In this document: positions 48,753 through 61,920 of the stretch, piece by piece
Position numbering within the stretch: the first letter of the stretch is position 1
Layout of the letters: every line of letters begins with the position of its first letter
From: Eledone cirrhosa
Taxonomy: Eukaryota
Direction: 5' to 3'
Length of the DNA stretch: 64,000 bases
Assembly (NCBI GenBank): GCA_964016885.1
Contig: OZ024741.1
Span: 300,390,001-300,454,000, forward strand
Notes under the pieces: model-generated
Seen by the model: only the letters and a program-made list of their open reading frames with translations
What the model was told of the DNA's origin: nothing
The model's database searches: none
Position numbers and translations under genes: made by a program

Positions 48753-51700
48753 CCTTGAATCTCAGTCATTGATGTTGGTTAACTGGAAAGTCCGTTGGAT
48801 TGAATATCAAGCCACTACCTGCAGCCTCAGATATTCAGGACGTATCGGAGGGTTCTTGCTGTTCCAAGCAAGCATGCCTTTTGAAGCGTTCCAAAAAGCG
48901 TGAAGATGCCGATTTCCTTTAACCATCCCTGGAAACTTTTGGAGATAGTCCCCAGTGCGCCTATGACAATCGGGATCACTTTGACTTCATGGCAGTTCCA
49001 AATACTTTTCACCTCCCACTTTAGGTCCTGGTATCGGTTAATTTTCTCCCTCTCCTTCTCTTGCACTCTCGTGTCGAACGGGCAGGCCACATCCACAATC
49101 AGACACGATCTTTTTTCTTTGTCCATAACCACCAGGTCAGGTCTATTGTGTTCCAGTTTTTTGTCCGTCTGTATCCTAAAATCCCACAGCACCTTCACCT
49201 GATTGTTCTCCATCACCGTCTCTGGCCTATGCTCATACCATTTCTCAGAATGTGGTAAATTGTTTACTTTGCACAGGTGCCAGTGGATCACCCTGCCCAT
49301 CACATCGTGTCTCCAGCCCTTATAGTGGGTCTGGGCTAGGTGTTTACACTCGGACACAATGTGAGCCACAGTCTCCTCTCTCTCTCCACAGATCCTGCAC
49401 AGTGGGCTAGCCTCCTCCTTGTAGATATGGTGCTTCAACCACTTCGTTTTGAGGGCCTGCTCCTGCGCAGCCATTAGGATTCCTTCTGTAGCCTTTTTGA
49501 GGTCTCCTCTTCTCAACCAGTTCCATTATCTGTGGATCTCTAAATTCAGTTTTCTCAAAGAAGGTACTATGAAGGGATTTTCCCTTAAGGCTGCTCTTCC
49601 TCCTTGATGTTATTTCCTCCTTCGACATCCCCTGGCCTACTGTCCCCTCCTTCAGTACAGTTCTGAGCATTGGCTCCTTACTATAGGTCACGTATTTGTA
49701 TAGGTTGTTTTTCTCCATCTGAACACAGTCCTCTATGCTGATAAGACCTCTTCCACCCTCAGATCTCCTTAGGTAGAGTCTATCGACATCACTCCTCTTG
49801 TGGAACATGTTGTAGATAGTCAATAGCTTCCTAGTCTTCCTATCCATTTCTTTTTGTTCAGCAACATTCCATCTCAGAATTCCTGCACTGTACCTAATAA
49901 TAGACACAGCTCGGGAATTTACTGCGCTTATGGCATTTCTGCTGTTCAGATGTGACTTCAATACGCTCCTTACTCTCCGAATGTATTCAGTTCTTAACAA
50001 TTCCTTCATTTTTTTGTTCTTTATGCCATCAGCCTCCAGAACACCCAAATACTTGTATCCTTCCTCAGAGTCAATTTCCTTTATCATCTCACCTGTTGGT
50101 ATCTGGATCCCGTTACTTCTGCTCAACCTACCCCTCTTCATCACAATGACTCCACATTTACCAATACCAAACTGCATACATATATCACTGCTGAAAATAC
50201 GGACAGTGTCAACAAGCACATCCAACTCCTTCTCACTTTTCCCGAAGATATTAAGATCATCCATGAAGAGGAGATGATTGATGGTAAGCTCTCCCCTTCC
50301 CAACTTGTATCCTGCTCTCACTTTTCGCAGCATAATGGTCAAGGGCATCAGGGCAAGGACAAACAACAGAGGGGACAGGCTATCTCCCTGGAAGATACCT
50401 CTCTTGATCTTCACGCTTCCCAAGGATACTCCAGTTGATGTCAACTCTGTCTCCCAGGACCCCATACTCCTGCCTAGCAACTGTCTGATGTTATCTGCCA
50501 CCCTGAAGATCTCCAGGCTTTTGGTGATCCAGGAATGAGGCACCATGTCAAATGCCTTTCTGTAGTCTATCCATCCCATGGCAAGATCAGTGTGTCTCCT
50601 CCTGCAATTCCCCATTACCATCTTATCAATAAGTAACTGGTCCTTTGTACCACGTGACTTCTTTCGGCATCCTTTCTGTTCGTCCGGTAACAAGTTGTTT
50701 GTGTGGAGGTGATGGTAGATTTCCTCAGACACAATGCTCGTCAACTGTTTCCACATTACGGACAGACATGTGATAGGTCTATAGTTGGTAACATCATTAC
50801 CCTTGATTCGGTCTTTCATTATCAGAACTGTGGTACCTTTTGTCAACCACTCTGGCACCTCACCCGACACCAAGCAGTCATTGAACATGGCCGTTAGCTT
50901 CGGGTGGAGGGATGTTAAATGTTTAATCCAATACCCCTGCACACCATCTGGGCCTGGTGATTTCCAGTTGGTTAGTTTTTTGGCCTGCCCCTTAAGAGTT
51001 TCAACTGTGATACTCAAATCAGTCTGTTGCTGTGCATGCTCACCGATCTCCCTCTGTACTGTCTCAATCCACCCTGCCTGGGCATTGTGTCTAACATCCT
51101 GCTCCCATATTCCTCTCCAGAATGTTTTAGTTTGCTCCGCCCCAGGGATCAAGTCGTTGCCTCTTTCTTTCCCCTCAAGCTGTCCAAACAGCATCTTCTG
51201 GTTGTTGTCGAACATGCGGTTCTGTTTATACTGACTGACTCTGTTCTCGTATCGCCTGATTTTTGCACTCTTTGCTACAATGCGTTGCTTCAGTTCCTCT
51301 ATGATAATATTTAGCTTTTTCCTCCTAGTTTTGTATTTTATTTCCAGCCTATTTTTAGTGCCTATGTTTTTTAGTGTCCCATTCAGTAGTGACTCAAGCT
51401 TTCCTATGTCATTTCTCATTTCCCCGATTTGCCCACTCAGTCGCTTCTTCCACCACGGCTCTGCTCTTTCTTGTCTGTTGTTTCCTCTCGCTTTTATACC
51501 AAGTAATTTCCTCACCGTATTTGCTGTTGCTTTGAGGATATTGTTGCACTGGTGAAGGCTCCTCGCCTCAAGGTATGGGATGACTTTGTTTACCTTAGCT
51601 GTTGTTTCTTTTAACTTTTTCCTGTCTACAAATCTTAGGTCCATAGGTCTCCCACTGTCATTGTTCAATTCATCTACCACTAAATTTAGGATGTCAACCG

Positions 51701-52256
51701 AATCTTGTCCTAGCCCGTCAGCATTCATCTCCTCAGTGGCCGTATCTCTGTTCCAGGTATTATTTATCTCAGTATTCAGATCATTGTCTGCTTCGGGTGG
51801 TTCCTCCGTTCTCAGGACCTCTTCACCTTCATTTCCCACTGGCTCGCTTGTCTGGCATACTACACCCGCCATCTCCAAGCCATTCTCTCTGCTCAGTTGC
51901 TCCAGTTCCAGCTCGCTTATCCATCCATTAGTTCTTATTACCCGAGCCTGCCCGGCCAATTTTTGTTCATCTAATTTAAATAAACCAATCTCGTTCCAGA
52001 TGTTATGCATCCGTCTCCTGTAGCCCCTCTCCTTGGGGTTACTTTTCAGGTAACATTGCATAACAGTTCTATTCAATTCTTTCGTCCAGTTGGTTCTGGC
52101 CCCTTTCCTTCTTCTCCTTCCTCCAACATCAGCAGTATTTGGTTGACAGTCAGGTTCCTGCTGCTGAGCCAGGGGGCACCTGTTGGGTGAGAGTCTGTCA
52201 CATGACGTTCTAGTCTCCATTTCACCGTTATTCGAACTGTTTATGTTCGATATTTA
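48753..52256 (-). mobile_element. RLE family 1, copy 4; complete ORF region with one frameshift, lacks the 5' extension
   Basis: ORF 49407-52220 (937 aa) plus 48827-49516, with a +1 indel near 49526; (TAA)n flanks. Confidence 0.93.
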
Positions 52257-52278
52257 ATTCGATATTATTATTATTATT

Positions 52279-54010
52279 TGCATTTATCTTGCTTTATGTT
52301 TATACGGGTTATCACCAAGTCACAACCAGTGACCTCAAGAGACAACAAGGTCCGCCATGTTCAAGAAAGAACACACATATTCACACATGCATCCTTAGTG
52401 TTTAGACTTGTGATGTACTTATATTGACAGGATCTTCCTTAGTATATGGGCAGTTCCCATTAGTACTATCTTTTGTATTTCTCCTATACGCGGGTTTCCT
52501 GGGATTTGCGATAAGTAGTCGTTAGACCCCTTAGGTATCATTCCCAGAGCGCCTACAACCACTGGTATTGTTTTAGTTCTCAATTTCCACATTTTTCCAA
52601 TTCTATCTCCAGGTCCTTATACTTGCTCAATTTTTCAAATGTTTTTATAGATACATTCTTGTCTATTGGAACAGACATATCAATTAGCAGGCATACCCTC
52701 CTTTGAAAGTCCTTCAATATTATATCAGGTCTATTTGCATCTATTTTTCGGTCTGTTTGGATGCTAAAGTTCCACAAGATTGAGATGTGATCTTTTTCAA
52801 GTATGGGAGGTGGTTGATGCTCCCACCAATTCTTTTGATGGGGCAGGTCAAAATGCTTGCACATTATCCAATGTATGTATTGTGCAGCTCTGTCATGCCT
52901 GTTTAGGTATTCGGTTGGAGCTATAGGACTGCACATTGAAATTATATGGTCAATGGTCTCTGGTTGTTTTTTACATACACGGCATAATGGGCTGCACCCA
53001 TTTTTTATTATGTTGGCTTGGTAATTTTTTGTTGGCAGACACTGATCTTGTGCGGATATAATCAGTCCTTCAGTCTCCGATTTCAGTCCAGAGGATGCCA
53101 ACCACTGATGGGTTAAAGTTTTGTCAACATCAGGATTGTTAGCTCGCTCTGGGTATTTTCCATACAGAGGCTTTTCTTGCCATTTCTTACCCAGTTTCTG
53201 TAGCAGTTCTTTCTTTGCAGTTACTTTTACCTGCTTTGCTTTTTCTGTGTTTTCCATTTCAGCAGTAAATGGGACTTCTGAAATTTGTAGTCCATTACTG
53301 TATCTTTGTGCATCTTTTGTAATGGAATATGATCTTTTGGTGCTTTCGTGTTTCAAAACGAGTTTGATCATCCAATCATGTGATTCCCTTAGATATGTGG
53401 ATAATCCAATTGTTGCAGTTTTCAACGCAATGTCTAACTGGATTAACCCACGTCCCCCTTCTTTCCTAGGGAGATATATTCTATCTATGTCTGCCTTAGG
53501 GTGATGCATTCTGTGCATGGTTAAGAATTTTCGGATTTTTGTATCGAGCCTACGGATCTCTGTGCTTGACCAGTTGATGACATTGTAACTGTAGGTTACT
53601 ACTGGTATGGCAAGCGTGTTTATGGCATCGATCCTATTCCTTGCATTCAATTCCGTTCTTAAGATTGCTCTGACTCTGCGGTAACATTCCTTCCTTATCC
53701 TTTCCCTCATTGTCGAGTGCTTGATTCCGTCTCCTTCACAAACACCTAGATATTTGTAAGTTTGTTCTTGATCAAGCTCTCTTATCACGTTCCCCCGATC
53801 AAGATTAATGTCTGAACTGTTCAGCAGCTTTCCTCTGGTGAACGTTGCTTTGGCGCATTTATCCAGTCCAAACTCCATTTTAATGTCATCACTGAACTGC
53901 TTCACAGTGGATAATAGCCCTTGCAATTGTTCATCATTTTTTGCAAATAGTTTCAGGTCATCCATGTAGAACAGGTGATTAATGGTTTTGTCATAGACTC
54001 TATATCCATA
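52279..54010 (-). mobile_element. RLE family 2, 5'-truncated
   Basis: HLFYMDDLKLF, YKYLG, AQDQ, CRVC..H..C, RHD and RPDI..IDMSVP motifs; frameshift near 52595; (TAA)n flanks. Confidence 0.92.
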
Positions 54011-54012
54011 TT

Positions 54013-54077
<65 letters not shown>

Positions 54078-54107
54078 GTTGCTGTTGTTGTTGTTGTTGT
54101 TGTTGTT

Positions 54108-56820
54108 CAGTCTTTCAAGGCGTGGTTCACTTCGCTCACTGTTATTCAACCTTTTACATTGAAACGTTGATATCGTTTTGAAGCCAGTATCCTTGTGAGC
54201 TGGTTCATTTAGCCTCACTTGAACCCCTTAGAGGCCCTTTGAAACACGCACTTCATTTTCCAAGAAAATTAAGATGATAGACAAAACCTTTTCGTCAACT
54301 AAATAGAATCGTGGGCTGTCCATAGAGTGAAACAGCCAAAATTCTGAAAACATTAACAGCAGCAGCAGCATCTACAAGAACAGAATCATCATCATCAGCA
54401 ACAGTGACCAAAATTTATGTCGTGAAAATATAGCCGGCTATCCAGGTCTGCCAATGTTTACCTTGCTGAATGCTGCCACCCAATGACGGAAACAACGGAA
54501 ACTAAAATCAAAATGAACACACTCAGCAGCAACAATGTAAATGAGAACAACATGACTACAACAGAAACAAATGAAACAAAAAATAATACTAACAATAACA
54601 ACAGCAACGGCAGCGACAACAACAACAATGAGAATAACAACAACAACAACACAAACGCAAAACCAAATATTTCTTTTGCGAAAGCGGAGAACAAGAACGA
54701 AACGATTGAGCCAGGAACAACTGAATAAGGCCAGACGAATGGTGAAGAAAAATGGCTACAGGGTCTACCTCACTCCTCCATCAAACACCATGAAACATCG
54801 GCGGCTATGTACGGTATCACACCGTAGAATTAGCACGAAAACACGCCGAGTGGAGCAGGCATCCGAGTTTTAGATCCGAAAGGCTTTGGGACATGTTTGG
54901 GCTCAGAAAGCCAACATCATACGTGGACGAAGATATGGGACCGTGGATGTGTTCTTTGCAACACCACAACAATCCAGAGAGCACTCTATAGCTCCACTAA
55001 AGAGCGACGAGCTCACACTAGTCCCAAGTTACTGCGGATAAAGATTCGTGAGAGTAAAGGTGACCCAATTCGCTGGCTGATGTGTGCCGTCCTCGCCGAC
55101 ATCAAGGACAACACAAAGGTCATCGAGGTGATAAAAATAAAACTGGAGAACTGGCCCGGATCTGGAATGGAGCTCCTGATTGTGACGAGAAGGAGGTTGG
55201 AAAACTGGATCTGTGAAAAAAGAAACCAGAAAAGAAAGGAACATCCCCCCCCCCAAAAAAAAAATAGAGGGCGAAACAAACAAGAAAACAAGAAAGTTAA
55301 GACTGCTATGCTACCACCACCACCCACATCAGCATTATCAGCTCCATCGAGACAAATACTATCATCACCGTCATCAACCCCAACACCACCATCACCAAGA
55401 CCATAAAAAAACACCAACAAGCGAAACAAACAAACACAACAAAGCAACCAAACTGAAATACACTACACAGCATTAAACTTGAACAATAAACAATTATTAA
55501 ACTACATCAAACACAACGCTAGCATCACAGAGAAAAAATACACAACACCCCAAAATTTCACACCACTCTCACACATACAATTCACAAGTATCACACAGAA
55601 AATATAACCAAACCTAAAGTTATAATTCCCCAAGGACATCGGATTTCTCCGGCAAACACTTTCCAGGAGGATATATAAAGACATTCTTCAGGAGAGGGCC
55701 AGAAACAGTCAGAAGGACGGGAAAAACATCCTTCCTCCACAAAAACAGAGGTAAGTGGTCTTTTCCATCTTTTGCCACTCCTTTTCAACATGTCCTTACT
55801 CGGAATAGGCAGCATAAATGCATGTGGGAGGAAAACCTGTTCAATGACCTCAGGTCAATGAACATAGATGTGGTGGCCATCAGCAAGACCAGAATTTCCG
55901 AGGCGCATGCTTTCGCACCCATCTTCGGCAGTTACTATATGTACGCATCTACAAGCCGGCCGGGATCGTGAGGCCGAGTCGCCGTGTTGTTTCGGAGAGG
56001 CCTGGATCTCATGATACGAACCATCTTCCTGGACCCAGAAGGTAAGTCGGTGATGCTGGACGTGACCAGCAGCAAAAGCGATGCTTTAGGTTTGTGGCTG
56101 CTTATGTCCCGACAGGGGCAGGACGGCCTGACTTCATTAGGCCATTGCAGACCTTCCTAGGAACTTTAATATAATTTGGCGATTGAAACGGATCTTGGAT
56201 GCCCGCTGGGATTGTGTGGGATTAACGGATAGGGGAGGAGAGTGTAAAAGCTTCGCAAACCTGCTCAGATGTTTCCAACTGTCTGACAGGTACAGACTGG
56301 ATGTTCCGAATGTGTTTATGTGGAAATGGACAAACCGCATCGGATCATCCAGATCGTCTCAGGTAGAGTATTTTGTAAGACGGTCGTTAGTTCTAACATA
56401 GGTTGTCCCCAATTGAAGATAGTCAACTACACGGACCAAAAATTATTGAACTGGGTGTTCGAATTAGTTAGACATCATAGACAGGGACCAGTACACCGGA
56501 AGCCAACCGCGTCGCCGACAACGCGCAAAGCCTACAGAGACCGGATTAGCGAACTAGTTAGGTGGGCGTTGACGGGGTCAGTCATCAACAACAAATGGTG
56601 GTGGGCCCTGAACAGGGTGATTAGAATAGAATCCATTAGGTTTAGTAAGGCGTTAGCAATAGAGAAAAATAGAGCAGAGGGAGAACTAGTTAGGAAACTA
56701 GACGATGCGCTTAGTAAAGGCATTGCAATCGATTGGCTGTCGGCAAATTTTTATAAGCAAAGCAGGAAGGATGCGTTGTCAGAGCTAGGGCACCTGCTCT
56801 CAGACACGAGAGGAAGAAAG
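54108..56820 (+). mobile_element. Tx1 copy C: decayed 5'UTR, ORF1 and 5' part of ORF2 (3'-truncated)
   Basis: SFAK..ARRMVKKNGYRV..CTVSHR..IRKALGHVW. ORF2 starts at ATG 55790 and aligns to the copy B APE region. Confidence 0.85.
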
Positions 56821-56847
56821 CTGTTGCTGTTGTTTTTGTTGTTGTTA

Positions 56848-57750
56848 TTTTTACTTTGGTGCTCGTTTGCGACAGAAGGTTGGTTCACATCGGCTCCAGA
56901 AGGTTGGTTATTTTCAGTTGTTTCAAAGTGGAATTTTTTCACTGTATATGTTTCATTCAAAGACGACTGAAAAATATTTGGGCTTTTGAGACCGAATACT
57001 TGAGTTTCTTTTTTTTTTAATTTCTTTTCTTCAATGTTACAGCCTCTGTCGTGCGACAGAGTTTGTAACATTGAGAGGAAAAATCCTGTCCGCACCAACA
57101 CCACCATTATAGATAATGTTACTACCAACAGCGCAACTGATAACAATAACAATAACAACCCTAACAACGATACTAGTAACACCAACAACAACATGAACAA
57201 AGACAGCACCAACACGGCAGCAAATAGGAGACAAATAAAAGCAACAACAACACCAAAACTAGCTGCAACAGTAACAACAATACCAACAACAAGAAAGCTC
57301 GAAAGAACAACGACAACACTACCAACAACAGCAGCAATGACAACAATGTGATTGTAAATGGCACTGTGAACAAAGAGAAGCATTATTTCGCTGCTGTAAC
57401 TAAAAAAAGGTGATGTTTTAGCATGTACCTTAGTGAAAAGAACTCATGGAATCTTACAAAAAAGAGCAAACCGGGACCAACTTAATCGTCCCGGCAGAAG
57501 CCATAGAGACCCTGGAGATGCATTTCAGTGCAGACTCACAAGGTGGCGATCACTCTGCAAGCAGATATTGAATCTGCGCAGAAATGCATCAGAGATAACA
57601 CGGAGTACACAGTGAGGCGCAGACAATATGACACCATATTGGTGCTATTTAAGTCAGAAGACCTCGCTGTCTAACACTCAGTGGTCCTTTGCAAAGCCAG
57701 CAAGGTCATCATATACCTCTTCCACGTGGGAATACGAACAGTTCGAGTTT
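56848..57750 (+). mobile_element. Divergent Tx1-type 5'UTR and ORF1 N-terminal fragment (copy D)
   Basis: An N/T-rich tract is followed by FAAVTKK and ..YTVRRRQYDTILVLFKSEDLA.*HSV..YLFHVGIRTVR, matching the ORF1 core IRRGQKYGTVDVFF..EEAREHS..PSYCGQRLVK. The leader motif is also present. Confidence 0.6.
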
Positions 57751-57754
57751 ACAT

Positions 57755-60500
57755 TTCCTGATGAAATTATTGAGAAGATGAGCGGAATAATTCTTTTAAA
57801 AAAGTGTTTTATAATGTATATAAAGAACTTAAAGTATTACCGGTTTCGATGTATTATTAAAATTCATCTTATCATATGTTGAGTATTACAATTAAAAAGA
57901 ATTAATAAGAATTAAAAACTAAAAATTAAAGATTTAAAATTAAGTGTTGGAGTAAGTTTTTTCCCATCTTCCTTGCTCAGAAGTGGACTGGAGATTCATT
58001 ATAAAACTCTTTGTTAAAAGAATTGTCCCTCTCATTTTTTCAATAATGTCATCTTTTCAAAAATGTGACTTAGATGAATCAAAGAAAGGGAAAAAAAAGG
58101 AAAAACAGACCCTAAAATATATTTTCTGTGCTATTTCCAACTTCACCTTTTCTCTATATCTCCTAATAAAACTAGTTAAGAACATTCAATACAAAAAGCA
58201 TCGTAATAGAAAAAACACCTTCTTAAACAAACTTAACTCCTCTATTAAGGGATTCAAAACAAGTAGTAAAATTATTGTGCATGCGGACAAAACTAATAAC
58301 ATATACAGCCTAGATTATGATACATATAGAAAGTTTATATATGGTGGACTACATAAGAGCTACAAGTAAACTACTATGAAAAACCTAGAAGATATTAATA
58401 TAGAAGGCCATAATATAGTGTCCAAACTAGGACTTCAGAGACATACACAACCATACACCCCAAACCCCCCTAGATTCTCTCTGAAGGACCATAAGGAGGA
58501 TTTCATTAGTAATCCCTCGATTAGACTAATCTGCCCTTCCAAGTCTAATATTGGCATTATCAGTGAGAACATTTTAGACAAAATCATCCCACAGATTAAA
58601 CAATGGGGAAATACGGGTGAAGTTATTCAATGGTTTAAAGATATCAAGGAAAACAAAAATAAAAAATGTATTCAATTTGATATCAATTCATACTACACCT
58701 CTATTTCCCCTATCCTATTAAATAAGGCAATAATTATGGCTATGAACAATAGTGACCTGACTAGACCCCAGATTGATGTCATACTTGCGGCCCGTAAAAT
58801 CGTAATCACTTTTGAGGACCAGTTATCGACCCGCAAGGATACGCATAGCAACTTCGACATAACCATCTAGTGACTCGGCACAGGTCACTGATTTGGTGGG
58901 CCTATACTTACTAAACGAAATCCATAAGGACCTTCCATACCTCAACAGTGGTTTGTACCGCGATGATGCACTTCTCCTTATAGACTATAAAAAATTTAAT
59001 ATAGAAAGAACTAGAAAACGATTGCACAAGACTTTCAAAAACTATAACCTAAGTATCACCATAGACAAAAACACTAAAAACGTTAACTTCCTAGATGCCA
59101 CCCTTTACCTAGACTCTAAGATATATACACCATTCCATAAACCTAACGAAAAACTGATTTACCAAGTCTAACCACCCTAGATCAATATTAAGCTCTATCT
59201 CTAAAGGAATATCCAATAGAATCTCTAATCTATCTTATGACGAAACCGTATTTAGCAAAAACTCACAATACTATAATCATGCATTAGCTAGATCAGGCCA
59301 TAATAATGAGATCGAGTTCCTACCAATAAAAACACATAGTTACAACATTATTTCGCACAATATGTCCATGAGGAAAACTAGTAATAAGAATAATAGTAAT
59401 AAGAATAATAACCACACACACACTAGTACGAATGGTGGCAACAAACGTAACCCACACCAGGGAGGACACCAAGATACCAAAAACAAAAATAGAAGAAGAA
59501 ATAATACATTTTTCAACCCCCCTTTCAATCTAAACGTCTCTTCCAACCTACCTAAGGCTTTCTTCTCACTCCTAGATAAAAACTTCCCATCTGGCCAAAA
59601 GTACCATAGTCTTATGAATAAAAACACCATTAAAATCTTCTACTCTACCACGCCTAACATAGCATACCACATAGCTAGTAGCAATAACAGAAAAATTAAT
59701 ACTTCCAACAAACTAAAGCACAGCAGGGTGTAAACCTTCAAAACAACGTAATACCTGCAAACCCTAATATCAATAGTAATAATAGTAATAGCACTAGTGA
59801 AAGCAATAACGCTAGGAGCGACTACCCCTATAGCCATAATGCAATACCTAGCAACCAGACTTCTGCACAACATAATAACCGGCAGGTTAACATCCAAAAT
59901 AATTGTAACTGCAGATCTAATAGAACCTGCCCTTTAGATAAAAACTGCTTAATCAAGGACATCATATACTCATGCACCGTCAGAACTAGCAACTCTTCTG
60001 AAACCTATATAGGCTCTACTTCGAACTGCTTCAAAACCAGATACAATTCACACCTCCATTCTTTCAAAAAACACAGTCTAGCCAACTCGACTTCACTATC
60101 TGGCTACATACACTATCTAAAAACTAGAAATAGATCTTATACACTGCAATGGGAAGTGATAGGTAAGGCGGCATCGTACAAACCACCTAATAAATTGTGT
60201 AACCTCTGTCTACTAGAGACTCATACTATAATCTTCTCAAACCATAACCTCCTTAATAAAAAATCGAAAGTGTTTGCGTCGTGCCAGCACCGCTTCCGGC
60301 ACTCCTTCCAAAACTTTAAACCCAATATATAACAATGTCGGACTTGAACCCATCACACCTTACCCCACAACTCGACACTCTCTGATCCACCCTATCTCGA
60401 CACAAATCATTCCATCTATCTATAACTTTATATCCTAGAAATATCCCCATAAACACCTACTTTTAATATAACTACTTTCAATTACTTATAATTATACAAT
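57755..60500 (+). mobile_element. Penelope-like element, probably Naiad clade, disrupted
   Basis: ADKTNNIY, RLICPSKS, QWGNT.EVI.WF, FDINSYYTSI, GLYRDD, NFLD and FNPPF motifs. Manual translation of 59901-60332 gives CNCR..CPL..C, IIY..YIGST..FKTRY..H, CNLCL.E and CQH. Confidence 0.85.
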
Positions 60501-61789
60501 GATACAATACGGTCTATATAAACTTTAAATACTAGATACGGTAATGAATTATTTTTGCATTTGTAATTAAATGTATGGAGTGATAACATTGGATATATAT
60601 AAGATTAATTTATTAACATAAGAGATCTGTCTAACTTGTATGTAGGGTGCTGCAATGAATTATGTATGGATTATATATGAATTATATATGCAAGTATAAC
60701 TTGATGGATTGATTAATGACATTGTAAATGGGGCATGTATTTGTCTGCCCTAGAGATGTATTTTGTTTTGCCATGCAAACAGCCATACGCTGCTCCATAA
60801 CTTGCCAGGGGTTATGTAGACAAAATTCTAATAGGGCCCCTGATATGTTCTGAGAGTAGACTGCATTTACAGTGAACTTTGATATAAAGGTATGGCACTT
60901 TGCAAGGAATATTCAATTGTAGCACTATATAATAGGGAGTAATCAACTTAATATAGATACCTTCAGTACATCATGATAGAGTAGACTGTATTTGGAAACT
61001 AGATATAAATGTATAACCGTCTATATAAGGGACTCAATTGAGGGGCCATATAATGTATGTTAGAACAACTTGGTTATGAGATTCGACTAGTTACCTCCCC
61101 TTACGCATTAACTCCCCTTAATTACACACATACTTCCGGGTAATAAACGGCTGTAAATTCTCGCAGCAGAATCAACCTATTCTATAAACTTGGATTAAAT
61201 AACACTGAGCCTGAATACGCTAAACTAATTTATTTTAATGTATCAAACATTCAATACGGAATCATCGTTACTTATGTGATGGAGGTAGAAACTATATCTT
61301 ACTTTTTCTGAATGTGAAAATGATGGTGGATACGAAAACCATAACTTTCTTTTGCTTCTTTTTATTTTTATTTTTCTGCACACATACTTTTTTGTTCTAT
61401 ACAAAAAGTACCTTACCACTACAACCACCATAATAATCTTGCTTACCCGCTTAAAGTGCTTGCATTACGTGTAACGCCCTGCCACACAATAATAGTATAA
61501 AAATGAGACACACTTGCATGCTCCACGTGTAACTAACGCATACACTACCTACTAGACCTGACTATCAAACTATCCTCTTGCATTATTTGTGCTATCTGCC
61601 GAATGTATTTTAATTTTTATTTTGATTTTAATTTTGATTTTGATTTTGATTTTGAATTTGAATTGATGTACAAAAATAGTATAGTATAATATATGCCACT
61701 CCACTGTACATCAATATATATATATATATATGTATCTGTATGTCTCTTGCGTTGGAAAGGAGGTCAATTATGTGTACAAACATTGAAAA

Positions 61790-61840
61790 ATGGTCCGAAG
61801 AAATCAAGCCTAGGTTTGAATGAAACAATTGTAAGTGAAT
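61790..61840 (+). ncRNA. Decayed hammerhead-like motif in a short unit between (TA)n runs
   Basis: CCGAAGA; stem II TCAAGCC-TA-GGTTTGA; GAAA; palindromic stem III A-CAATTG-T; A17; stem I eroded. Confidence 0.5.
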
Positions 61841-61872
61841 AAATGCTTTGAACATAGCTTTGATACTTGTGA

Positions 61873-61920
<48 letters not shown>

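Noticed and set aside
57757-57792. CTGATGA plus AATTATT/AATAATT stem at the start of the Naiad-like element
   Set aside because: No GAAA, stem III or stem I follows; at most a deleted remnant.
58860-60332. Selenocysteine recoding in the Naiad-like element
   Set aside because: There is no in-frame TGA at conserved Cys positions; the stops look like decay.
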